Assembly (NCBI GenBank): GCA_958295495.1
Contig: OY282352.1
Span: forward strand, 3,224,548 to 3,288,547
Origin: an uncultured Latescibacterota bacterium
Lineage (GTDB): Bacteria; Latescibacterota; UBA2968; UBA8231
DNA length: 64,000 nucleotides
Reading direction: 5' to 3'
This document shows, one piece after another, positions 27,117 to 36,053 of this stretch (position 1 is its first letter; each line of letters starts with the position of its first letter). The position numbers and the translations under genes are program-made. A model generated the notes under the pieces. The model did not search any database. It was not told the origin of the DNA and saw nothing but the letters and a program-made list of their open reading frames with translations.

Positions 27117-28178
27117 CTAGCGCTTGAAAGCTAGCCCCACGGCATAGGTCGTGCCCGCTGCTGTATTGCAGCCAGCCGCGATGTGGAATAGATCAACGCC
27201 GATTTCTAGGTGCTTACTGAGCGACCAAATCAACCCCGGGGCCACCTTGAGGATGTCTTGGTCGCCGACGAGACCGCCTCGTCCCATGGCACCGCAGTCG
27301 CCCATGGTGTGCATCCCCTCGACCGCGCCTTTGACTAGCAGACGTTTATACGTGACACCGGCCTCGAAGCCATAGAAGAATTCATCGCTGAAGGCCCCAC
27401 CTCGCTGGCGATAGCCGACTGTGCTCGTCAAGTAGCCCGGGAACGGATACAGGGATTTGCCTACCAATAGGCGCGTGTCGATGTCGTTCTCGCCCGTGCC
27501 CAAGGGAACCTTGCTGTCGGCTCCATCCACTGGACTTGGTCCCAAGCCAAGCCCGCCCGTGCCTAGGGCGCCGTTGCCGTCTCGATCCACGTTGTAGCCC
27601 AAGGGGAATTTGCCTCCCAGCGATAGGGAGACCACCGCCGGATTGAGCAGCAAACGCCAGCGCAGGCGCAGTTCCAAATCGGCCAGACCTGTGCGGATTT
27701 CGTCGGGGTGTAGGCGGGTTATGGTGGTATCGAGCACGTCGCTTTTGAATACTTTCACCTCCGTATTCTTGTACACCAAGTGCTTATAGGGCAGGCTGGC
27801 CACCAAGGTCAAGCGTTCCAGCAAGCCATATTCTAGGTAAGCCGATATGTTCTTATCGCTCAATTCCTCCATGCTGGGTTTTGCCGCTCGGACCTGCCGG
27901 TCGCCGGCCGCGTCCAGATATTTTTGGGAGCGGAAGGAAAGTCCGGCGATTTTGCAGTACAATCCGCCCGGGGACTGCGTCCAAGCGCCGGCATGTAGTT
28001 GGGTAGGGATAGCTGTCAGTAGGATGGCCGCCAGCGGGAGCCAGTGCCGCAGTGGGCGGAACGAATTCGGTCGAGTACAGGGCTTCACGAAAGTCTCTTT
28101 TGCACTTGGCGCGGGTCGCCCAAGCCCGACTGCACGGTGCTGTAGAAAAGGCAAAAGGCGAAGTCGATGCGTCGGCAT
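27117..28178 (-). CDS. Outer-membrane beta-barrel protein (transporter-like); start uncertain
   Basis: A signal-like segment HWLPLAAILLTAIPTQLHAGAW is present. Alternating amphipathic strands run throughout, with an aromatic-rich C-terminus. Confidence 0.5.
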   Translation of the reverse strand: MPTHRLRLLPFLQHRAVGLGRPAPSAKETFVKPCTRPNSFRPLRHWLPLAAILLTAIPTQLHAGAWTQSPGGLYCKIAGLSFRSQKYLDAAGDRQVRAAKPSMEELSDKNISAYLEYGLLERLTLVASLPYKHLVYKNTEVKVFKSDVLDTTITRLHPDEIRTGLADLELRLRWRLLLNPAVVSLSLGGKFPLGYNVDRDGNGALGTGGLGLGPSPVDGADSKVPLGTGENDIDTRLLVGKSLYPFPGYLTSTVGYRQRGGAFSDEFFYGFEAGVTYKRLLVKGAVEGMHTMGDCGAMGRGGLVGDQDILKVAPGLIWSLSKHLEIGVDLFHIAAGCNTAAGTTYAVGLAFKR

Positions 28179-28312
28179 AAGCTATGTGGTAAGGAGGTGA
28201 GAGCGGAAAGCGATTTGCTTCCCAGTCCAGACCGAGCCGACCTTGCGCGGCTCAAAGGTATTCATAATCTATATTTGTCTCGTTTGAAAATCCAAATACG
28301 GAGGATAATCTA

Positions 28313-28714
28313 TTGGGCATCTTTCGCGTTCCCGCCAAAGTGAGAAACTGGCAGAATCGGTTCCTACCGCCGGGGAAACAGGGGCGAGAAGTCTCCTGTG
28401 ACATGCTGGTGGATTCCGGTGCCGCTGAATTGGCACTTCCCGCTGAACTCATGGACCCTCTCAAGCTCGAAGAGCTGGGGACCATGCGCGTGGTTACCGC
28501 CGATGGCGGCCAGCGCGAATGCCGCGTCTTAGGCATGGTCGAGCTCGAGGTTCAGGGACGAGTATGTCAGGTCAGAGCCCTTGAATTGCCTCGTGGCACC
28601 CAACCGCTGCTGGGGGCCGTTCCGCTCGAAGAAATGGACTGGCATATCGATCCTTTAGGGCAAAAACTGGTCCCCAATCCCCTTTCCCCCGACCGGCCAC
28701 TGCTGCATCTATGA
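28313..28714 (+). CDS. Retropepsin-like (clan AA) aspartic protease, single-domain
   Basis: 133 aa with a TTG start and GGAGGA upstream. The active-site motif is MLVDSGAAELALP (D-S-G-A). Confidence 0.7.
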   Translation: MGIFRVPAKVRNWQNRFLPPGKQGREVSCDMLVDSGAAELALPAELMDPLKLEELGTMRVVTADGGQRECRVLGMVELEVQGRVCQVRALELPRGTQPLLGAVPLEEMDWHIDPLGQKLVPNPLSPDRPLLHL

Positions 28715-28806
28715 TGGGCGACCGCGCTACGCATCTGCAACGACCACTGCACAGGCTCAGCGCAACTGCGGAAGTCCTAACGCAAATCTAGCCGTCCGGC
28801 GACCTC

Positions 28807-29538
28807 TTGCCACTCGACAAATCCATGCCCACCCTGATTGCCTTTGACGCCGACGATACCCTGTGGGAAAACGAGATTTACTTTGAAGCGGCTAAAGACC
28901 GCTTTAAGAATATGTTGGCCCCTGCCTGCGATCCGGAGTGGACCGAGCGGGAGCTGTACGAGACTGAAATGTGCAACCTAGCCCACTTTGGCTACGGCAT
29001 CAAAGGTTTCACCTTGTCCATGATAGAGACGGCCCTCGATCTGACGAAGGGCGCGGTAACGGGGCAGCAAATTCGCCAGATTTTGGACTATGGCAAAGAG
29101 CTGCTGCAAATGCCCATCGAACCGCTGCCCCACGTCGAGGAAGTGCTCGCCCATCTGTCCCGAACTTGTCCCTTGATGCTGCTGACCAAGGGCGACTTGT
29201 TCGACCAAGAGGCCAAGATCGCCCGCTCCGGTTTGGCCGACCACTTCACCTACATCGAAATCGTCAGCGACAAAAACGAGGCAACCTACGCGGCCCTGCT
29301 GCAGCACCACCGCATCCGGCCAGCCGACTTTTGCATGGTGGGCAATTCGCTCAAATCGGATGTCCTGCCCGTCGTCGCCTTGGGAGGATGCGCCGTCCAC
29401 GTCCCCTATCACACTACTTGGACCCACGAACGCGTCGAGCCCTCCGAGGCCGAGCGCAGGCAATACGACCAAATAGCCAACCTAGGCGAATTGCCCGATC
29501 TGCTCGCAGAGCGGTTTGCCTCCACCAGCCAAAACTAA
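28807..29538 (+). CDS. HAD-superfamily hydrolase
   Basis: Motif I is LIAFDADDTLW (DxDxT) and the C-terminal motif is MVGNSLKSD. The start may be ATG 28825. Confidence 0.8.
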   Translation: MPLDKSMPTLIAFDADDTLWENEIYFEAAKDRFKNMLAPACDPEWTERELYETEMCNLAHFGYGIKGFTLSMIETALDLTKGAVTGQQIRQILDYGKELLQMPIEPLPHVEEVLAHLSRTCPLMLLTKGDLFDQEAKIARSGLADHFTYIEIVSDKNEATYAALLQHHRIRPADFCMVGNSLKSDVLPVVALGGCAVHVPYHTTWTHERVEPSEAERRQYDQIANLGELPDLLAERFASTSQN

Positions 29539-29579
29539 AACCGTGACTTCGTCCGGCCTTTCTGCGCGACGGATCTGCA

Positions 29580-31628
29580 ATGCCGGCGACCGATTCTACC
29601 ACACCTGAGCCGGGCAGGGTCGGCCGGGGTCTGCTGCCGGCGGCCTTTCGCTCGCGGCTGGACCTAAAGCCGCCCGACCCGGAGTCTGCCGTCGAAGAGG
29701 CCGGCTCGGCCTTTACGCTCCGGGCCTTTGCTCTGGGCACCTTTTTGGCTGCCTTCATCGGCGGCGGCATAGCCTATAGCACCCTGTACCTGCAAGGCTC
29801 CTACATGGCCTTGGGCTTCAGCACGGTGGGGGCGGTTTGCCTGCTGTCCCTGCTGACGGGCTTGGTCAATCCCCTGCTCAAGTTGGGAGGGACGCAGGGT
29901 TTGCGCCGGGGCGAATTGCTGCTGGTATATATAATGATGGTGATGGCCTCGCCCATCCCCATCGTTTTTACCTCGCGGATCATCAGCCAGCTCGCCTCCC
30001 CCTTTTACTTTGCCACGCCCGAAAACGATTGGCAGGGCCTCATCCATCCCCACATCCCCCACTGGATGATGCCGCGCCAGCTTGGCGACGCCCAGTTTTT
30101 CTTTGAGGGAATGGGGGCCGCCTACGCGGTGCCGTGGAAGGCTTGGCTGCTGGCGCTGGCGGCTTGGCAGCCCTTTATCTGGTCCCTCTTCCTAATGATG
30201 ATCGCCAGCATGGTCGTGCTGCGGCGGCAGTGGATCGACAACGAGCGCCTCGTCTATCCGCTGGTGCAAGTGCCGCTGGCCATGACCGCAATGGGGGCGG
30301 CCAACGAGCGCTGGCCGCCCTTTTTTAAGAATCGGGGGATGTGGATCGGCTTTGCCCTCGCCGCTACTTGGAGCACGCTACACGGCCTGTACGCCTATTT
30401 CCCGGAAGGAGTGCAATTCGCCCACGGCGTTGATCTGTTCCACCAAGAACTGTCGATCATGCGCGGCACCTCTAAGCTGTATATCATCTTCCGCTTCCAC
30501 ATCCTCGGTTTTTTTTACTTCCTCAAGACCGAAGTCGCGCTTAGCCTGTGGGTTTTCAATCTGTTGGCCAATATCTTGCGCGGTGCTTTCGCCATCCTCG
30601 GCGTGGGCAATACGCCCAGCTTGGGCAGTGGGCACGGCATCGGGCATACGCTTCAGGTCTATCACGCTATGGGCGCGATGGTGGTCCTCTTCCTCGGTGG
30701 CTTGTGGGCCGCCCGCCGACATCTGGCCGCGGTCTGGCGCAAAGCGTGGTCCGGCGATCCGGCCATTGATGACGCCCAAGAAATACTGTCGTACCGGGCG
30801 GCGGTGGCCATCCTCGTCTTAGGCACGGCGATCCTGATCGGCTGGCTGTGGCTGGCTGGATTGCCGTTGTGGGCCGGCACAGCTGTGCTCTTGCTGGCCG
30901 CTGCCCTCTTTGTCGCCTTCACCCGGATAGTGGCTGAAGGCGGTTTGTCCGACGGTGCTCCGCCCGTGGTGCCGGCCGGCATCCTCATCTCCGCGGTAGG
31001 CTCGTCAGCACTGGGGGCCCCGGGCTTGGTCTTGCTGGCTGGCACCTATATCTGGACGGCCAATGTCCGCAGCTTTGTCATGGCCTCCTGCGCCAACAGC
31101 CTGAAACTGAGCGAGGGCTTGGGCCGGGGGCGACGGCCTTTGTTCTGGGCCATGGTCGTGGCCATAGCCGTGGCGCTAATGACTTCGACTTGGATGATCT
31201 TGGAACTGAGTTACGAGCACGGCAACCTCAATCTGCGGGGCACGGTTAGCCGCGAAGCCCCCTACCGCTATGTCGAGAGTTTGCTGCGCTACCCGAGCGA
31301 GCCGCATCTGTGGGGCTGGATCAACATGGGCTTGGGCGCGGCCATCATGCTGGGCTTGACCGTGGCCCGGTGGCACTACGCTTGGTGGCCTCTACACCCT
31401 CTGGGCTATCCCATTGGGCCGACTTGGATTATGGACCACCTGTGGTTCAATATGTTTTTGGCTTGGTCGATCAAAGTTCTAGTGCTCAAGTACGGCGGTG
31501 CCGACCGCTACCGCCAGACTAGGCCGTTTTTTATGGGGCTGATCTTGGGGCAACTGCTGCCGGGCGGCATCTTCCTCGTCATCGACCATTGTACCGGCAC
31601 GGTCGGCAATGTGATTTTCTGGGGGTGA
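29580..31628 (+). CDS. Large polytopic inner-membrane protein of unknown function (>=12 predicted TM segments)
   Basis: 682 aa, with hydrophobic helices throughout and a short soluble N-terminus. No transporter signature that I recognise. Confidence 0.6.
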   Translation: MPATDSTTPEPGRVGRGLLPAAFRSRLDLKPPDPESAVEEAGSAFTLRAFALGTFLAAFIGGGIAYSTLYLQGSYMALGFSTVGAVCLLSLLTGLVNPLLKLGGTQGLRRGELLLVYIMMVMASPIPIVFTSRIISQLASPFYFATPENDWQGLIHPHIPHWMMPRQLGDAQFFFEGMGAAYAVPWKAWLLALAAWQPFIWSLFLMMIASMVVLRRQWIDNERLVYPLVQVPLAMTAMGAANERWPPFFKNRGMWIGFALAATWSTLHGLYAYFPEGVQFAHGVDLFHQELSIMRGTSKLYIIFRFHILGFFYFLKTEVALSLWVFNLLANILRGAFAILGVGNTPSLGSGHGIGHTLQVYHAMGAMVVLFLGGLWAARRHLAAVWRKAWSGDPAIDDAQEILSYRAAVAILVLGTAILIGWLWLAGLPLWAGTAVLLLAAALFVAFTRIVAEGGLSDGAPPVVPAGILISAVGSSALGAPGLVLLAGTYIWTANVRSFVMASCANSLKLSEGLGRGRRPLFWAMVVAIAVALMTSTWMILELSYEHGNLNLRGTVSREAPYRYVESLLRYPSEPHLWGWINMGLGAAIMLGLTVARWHYAWWPLHPLGYPIGPTWIMDHLWFNMFLAWSIKVLVLKYGGADRYRQTRPFFMGLILGQLLPGGIFLVIDHCTGTVGNVIFWG

Positions 31629-31688
31629 ATCGTAGTGGTGTTTCAAACACGACGTATTTAGACGTTTATGAGATAACTTCTAACCACT

Positions 31689-34600
31689 ATGAATAACTTG
31701 GGATGGCTATATCTGGCCTTCTGGTTGGGGCTGCTGCAAAGGCCCTGCTATGGGGAGGTGGCTGCTTTGCGCGCCACCATCGAAGCCCTAAGTGCCGTTG
31801 AATCGCGCTTGGCTGGCTATCCGGGTGCCGAAGCGGGTGCGGCGTTGGTGGAGCGGGAACTGGTCGCGGCTGGCGTCGAAGCGGTGCGGCGCGACTCGTT
31901 TGCCGTGGTGGTGCCCGTAGATCGCGGCGGGCACCTGCGCTTGGAGCACAGCGGGGAACAGTTCCCGCTGTGGGGCCTGTGGCCCAATCTAGCGCGGACG
32001 GTCACGCTGCCGCCAGAAGGCCTGCGAGCGTCGATGATCTATGGCGGCCGGGGCGAGTGGCGCGATTTCGATGGCCGCGCCATGGACGGGCGCATTGTCT
32101 TGCTGGAATTCGACAGTTGGAACCACTGGCTGCGAGCCGCTTCGCTGGGTGCCCGGGCCGTGGTGTTTATCGCGCCCGAGCGGGCCAACCGCCACCAAGC
32201 CGACGCCAAGTACGCCCAAGTGCCGCTCGATATTCCCCGCTTCTGGATCGAGCGCGAAGCGGGCCTAATGCTGCGCCAGCGCCTGCGGGCCGGCGAGCTA
32301 GCGGTGCATTTGCAGGGCCGCATGGATTGGCAACGGCGGCCGGCGTGGAATATCTGGGGCGTGATCTCCGGCACCGCTCCCGAGCTGGCCGACGAGCGCG
32401 TCGCGATTGAGGCGTACTACGACGGCATTTCCGTGGTGCCGGGCCGGGCCCCTAGCGCCGAGACCGCCTGCGGCATGGCCGCCCTACTGGACCTCGCCCG
32501 CCACCTCGCGGCCCATCCGCCGGCGCGCACCACCATTCTAGTGGCGACCTCGGCCCATTTCCAAAACCGCCAAGGCATGGCCGACTTTCTCGCCCGCCAC
32601 GCTCGCCGCTTGGAGGAACCCCTCCACATAGACCTGTTCATCGGCCTCGATCTGTCGAGCCGCACCGATCAAGTCGGCATTTGGAACAATACCGCCAAGC
32701 CCGAATTGCGGCGCTTTTTCGCCCCATTCGGTCGCCGCTTCAGCCGCTACGCCAGCACCCTAGACTCGGCCGCAGTCGGCAGTCTGGTCAACGGCATCAC
32801 GCCCATCAAGGGCCTCGAATGGTCGGCGTACATGCCCGGCGGCCTAGCTGCCAACAGCCAACTCGCTCTTGCAGGCGGTCTGATTTCCTTGGGCTTGATC
32901 ACCGCAAACGACGCCCGCCTGCAAATCGATTCGCCGCTGGACCGACCAGCCGCTGTCAACTACGGCAATCTGGCGCGCCAAGTTGCCTTGATAAACGGCT
33001 TGGTGCAACAGGCCCTGAACGATCCGCAATTATTGGAGAAGCAAGAAGCCTTTGGGCCGGTGTTGCAGGATCGCTTGCGCGACTTGCGCCTCAAGGTGCG
33101 GACCTTTCCGCGCCGCTCGCAAACGCCGGACCGGCCGGTGGCCGACGCCGTGGCCGTGGTGCGCTCGCAACGGGCGACCGCTGGCAAAGCCGTCAAAGGG
33201 GTGCGCACGGCCCAAGTCCATCTGAGCGACGACGAGGGCGAGTTGCTCATAATTGGGCTGCCACAAGCCCAATACCGCACCAGCGTTTACGTCTTGGACC
33301 CGCACAGCGGAGCCATTACCTACGCCGCCGATCTGAGCAAAAGGGCGCAAGGCTTCCACGGGGCACCGCTGCTCGACGGTTCCATCCCAAGCACCGTCCA
33401 GTGGGCACTCACCGAACAATCGGTGGTGGTGTTCCCCTGCCTGAGCCGCCCTTTTTACGGCCTAATCAGTCCGCGCTCGCTCAATTTCTTGGGCGGCATC
33501 TCCCTGCTCAATCGCTACGACACCACCCCGCGCCAATTCGGCTATGCGCTGGGCAGCGGCCTCGACGAAGCGGCCGGGGTGGTATTCGGGCCGCCGGACG
33601 ACGAGCCGCAAAACCGCATCAAAATACTGGCGGGCCGACAACTGCTGCTGCTCAACAACGGCATCCCCGGCAGCCGCCCCAACGGCGAGGGCTTTTCCCT
33701 CGCCGAGGATCGGCTGGTGCCGACGCTGTTGCAGGCCGCCTCGGATATGTGGCGTCTCGACGAGGAGCGGCTGCAGACCATGCGCGACCACGCCATTGAA
33801 AACCAGTATTTGCAGCGCCTGCACCAGCGCACCGCCCAAGTCCTCGAAGCCGCCGAAGAGGCCGCCCGCCAAAAAGAATGGAGCCGCTACGTGGCTCATC
33901 TGCGGGTGGCGCTGGGGCTGGAAAACGAGGTCTATCCCCAAGCTATGGCGACCTTAAACGATGTCATAAAGGGCATGGTATTCTTTTTGGCGCTGCTCAT
34001 TCCCGCGGCCTTTTTGGGCGAGCGCTTGCTGTTGGGAGCAGCGCAGATCACGCGGCAATTAGCTGGTTTTGGCGCGTTATTGGCCTTGGTCTGGCTCGCG
34101 GTCTCTCAAGTGCATCCCGCCTTTGCCATCGCCCATCCGCTGGTCATTCTGCTGGCCTTTGCCATCATGGCGATGGCTGGTTTTGTCCTCGTTCTCATCG
34201 GCAGCCGCTTCAACAGTTTTATGAAGGAGCGAGGCGACCAGATCCACCATGTTGAGATGCGGCGTTTCAGCGTCGCCCATGCCGCGTTCATGCTGGGCAT
34301 ATCCAACATGCGGCGGCGCAAACTGCGCACCGGCCTGACCTTGACGACCTTGGTCCTGCTGACGTTTACAGTGCTCTCCTTTGCCTCGTACGAGAGCCGG
34401 GCGCACTTTATCTCGCTGCCCCTTGAGCACGAGGGTGGGTACGAGGGCATCTTGGTCCGCAACCGGGCTTGGAGTCCCTTGGGTCAGCCCATGCTGGATT
34501 ACATTCACTCCCACTTTTCCGCAGTCGGCCCGCTGAGCCCGCGCAACTGGTTCATTTTGCAAGAGGACAAAAAGACCTACCTCGAAGCGGCGGCCGGCCG

Positions 34601-36047
34601 GCAATTGGTAAGGACCTACGGCTTGCTCGGACTGAGCACCGAGGAAACTGGCATCACCGGCGTTGATCAAGCCCTGACCGCCGGGCGTTTTTTCACTGCC
34701 GCGACCGAGGCCAGTTGTCTGCTACCCTTGCCGATGGCCGAAGCCTTGGGCTTGGATGCCGGCGACTTGGGACGCGCGCAAGTGCAGGTGATGGGCAAAG
34801 AACTGACCGCGATAGGCTTGTTCGATCCAGAGACCTTTAACGGCATCCGCGACCTAGACGGCGGCCCGCTGACGCCCGTTGACTTTGAGCTGTCCCAAAC
34901 CGCCGGCAGTACCTTTCAGATCAACCAGAGCACGGCCACCACCGCCACCGCCTCCCAGTACCGCCCCTACGTGCATGTACTGCCGGACAACGTGCTCATT
35001 GCGCCCTATGAGATCGTCCGCCAAATGGGGGGGCGGTTGCGCTCGGTGGCCGTAGCCTTTGACCGCGAGCGCTTGGACGCCGGGGCGGCTCAAACGTTGC
35101 TGGAGGATTTTCTGCTGCGGGTGGCCGTCAGCCTGTTCGTCGGGTTGCGGCAAGACGCCGCCGCGACCATCGACGTGTGGGCCTATTCGTCGATTGGGGC
35201 GACGGCGATAAAGGGCCTGGGGATGCTGATCGTTCCCATGCTCATCGCCGCCTTCATCGTCCTCAATACCATGCTGGGAACGGTGTACGAGCGCCTCAAG
35301 GACATTGGCATCTACGCGGCCGTAGGGCTGGCTCCGTCCCACATCGCCCTGCTGTTTATCGCCGAAGCTTGTGCCTATGCGGTCTTGGGCATTACGCTGG
35401 GGTACTTGGGGGGCCAAGGGACGGGCTTGGTGTTGAACCACTTGGATATGCTGGGTGGACTCAATTTGAACTATTCGTCCTTGGCGGCTGTATTTTCGGC
35501 GCTCATCGTCATGGGCGTGGTCTTGCTATCCACGGTGTACCCGGCCCGGGTGGCTGCCCGCACGGCTGTTCCCGATCTGGCGCGGCGCTGGCAGCCCGAG
35601 CCGCCGGTGGGTGCCGAGTGGGAATTCCGCTTCCCCTTCTTGGTGTCGGCGGCCGAGGCCAAGGGCCTGTGCGGCTTTTTGTTGGATTACCTAGGGTCCT
35701 ACGGCGAGGCTTCGATTGGCTCGTTTTACACCGAGGGCACTCTGCTCCAGTCCTTTGCCACGCCCCAAGGCACGGCCTACGCCCTCGAAGCCCGGGTGTG
35801 GCTGGCACCGCTCGATTTGGGCGTGAGCCAGCACGCCGTACTGTGCGTCCGCCCCGAGGACCAAGCCGATATTTACGGCCTAGTGTTCTATCTGCGCTGC
35901 CTCAGCGGCGACAACGATTCGTGGCGCCGGGCCAATCGCAGCTTTTTGCAGGCGATCCGCAAAGAGCTGCTGATCTGGAATACGCTCAAGACAGCGGAGC
36001 GGAGCGCGTTTCGGCAGCGGGCGGAGGAACAACTTCAGCGGCCATAA
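31689..36047 (+). CDS. Giant membrane protein: signal peptide + PA/M28-peptidase-like ectodomain + long linker + FtsX/MacB-type permease module + C-terminal cytoplasmic domain
   Basis: 1452 aa. The N-terminal third resembles PA-domain M28 peptidases (RIVLLEFD...GARAVVFI...NIWGVISG...AALLDLARHL). The C-terminal part has the FtsX hallmarks RRRKLRTGLTLTTLVLLTFTVLSFAS, a ~250-aa loop, then LIAAFIVLNTMLGTVYERLKDIGIYAAVGLAPSHIALLFIAEA. Confidence 0.7.
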   Translation: MNNLGWLYLAFWLGLLQRPCYGEVAALRATIEALSAVESRLAGYPGAEAGAALVERELVAAGVEAVRRDSFAVVVPVDRGGHLRLEHSGEQFPLWGLWPNLARTVTLPPEGLRASMIYGGRGEWRDFDGRAMDGRIVLLEFDSWNHWLRAASLGARAVVFIAPERANRHQADAKYAQVPLDIPRFWIEREAGLMLRQRLRAGELAVHLQGRMDWQRRPAWNIWGVISGTAPELADERVAIEAYYDGISVVPGRAPSAETACGMAALLDLARHLAAHPPARTTILVATSAHFQNRQGMADFLARHARRLEEPLHIDLFIGLDLSSRTDQVGIWNNTAKPELRRFFAPFGRRFSRYASTLDSAAVGSLVNGITPIKGLEWSAYMPGGLAANSQLALAGGLISLGLITANDARLQIDSPLDRPAAVNYGNLARQVALINGLVQQALNDPQLLEKQEAFGPVLQDRLRDLRLKVRTFPRRSQTPDRPVADAVAVVRSQRATAGKAVKGVRTAQVHLSDDEGELLIIGLPQAQYRTSVYVLDPHSGAITYAADLSKRAQGFHGAPLLDGSIPSTVQWALTEQSVVVFPCLSRPFYGLISPRSLNFLGGISLLNRYDTTPRQFGYALGSGLDEAAGVVFGPPDDEPQNRIKILAGRQLLLLNNGIPGSRPNGEGFSLAEDRLVPTLLQAASDMWRLDEERLQTMRDHAIENQYLQRLHQRTAQVLEAAEEAARQKEWSRYVAHLRVALGLENEVYPQAMATLNDVIKGMVFFLALLIPAAFLGERLLLGAAQITRQLAGFGALLALVWLAVSQVHPAFAIAHPLVILLAFAIMAMAGFVLVLIGSRFNSFMKERGDQIHHVEMRRFSVAHAAFMLGISNMRRRKLRTGLTLTTLVLLTFTVLSFASYESRAHFISLPLEHEGGYEGILVRNRAWSPLGQPMLDYIHSHFSAVGPLSPRNWFILQEDKKTYLEAAAGRQLVRTYGLLGLSTEETGITGVDQALTAGRFFTAATEASCLLPLPMAEALGLDAGDLGRAQVQVMGKELTAIGLFDPETFNGIRDLDGGPLTPVDFELSQTAGSTFQINQSTATTATASQYRPYVHVLPDNVLIAPYEIVRQMGGRLRSVAVAFDRERLDAGAAQTLLEDFLLRVAVSLFVGLRQDAAATIDVWAYSSIGATAIKGLGMLIVPMLIAAFIVLNTMLGTVYERLKDIGIYAAVGLAPSHIALLFIAEACAYAVLGITLGYLGGQGTGLVLNHLDMLGGLNLNYSSLAAVFSALIVMGVVLLSTVYPARVAARTAVPDLARRWQPEPPVGAEWEFRFPFLVSAAEAKGLCGFLLDYLGSYGEASIGSFYTEGTLLQSFATPQGTAYALEARVWLAPLDLGVSQHAVLCVRPEDQADIYGLVFYLRCLSGDNDSWRRANRSFLQAIRKELLIWNTLKTAERSAFRQRAEEQLQRP

Positions 36048-36053
36048 ACCGGC

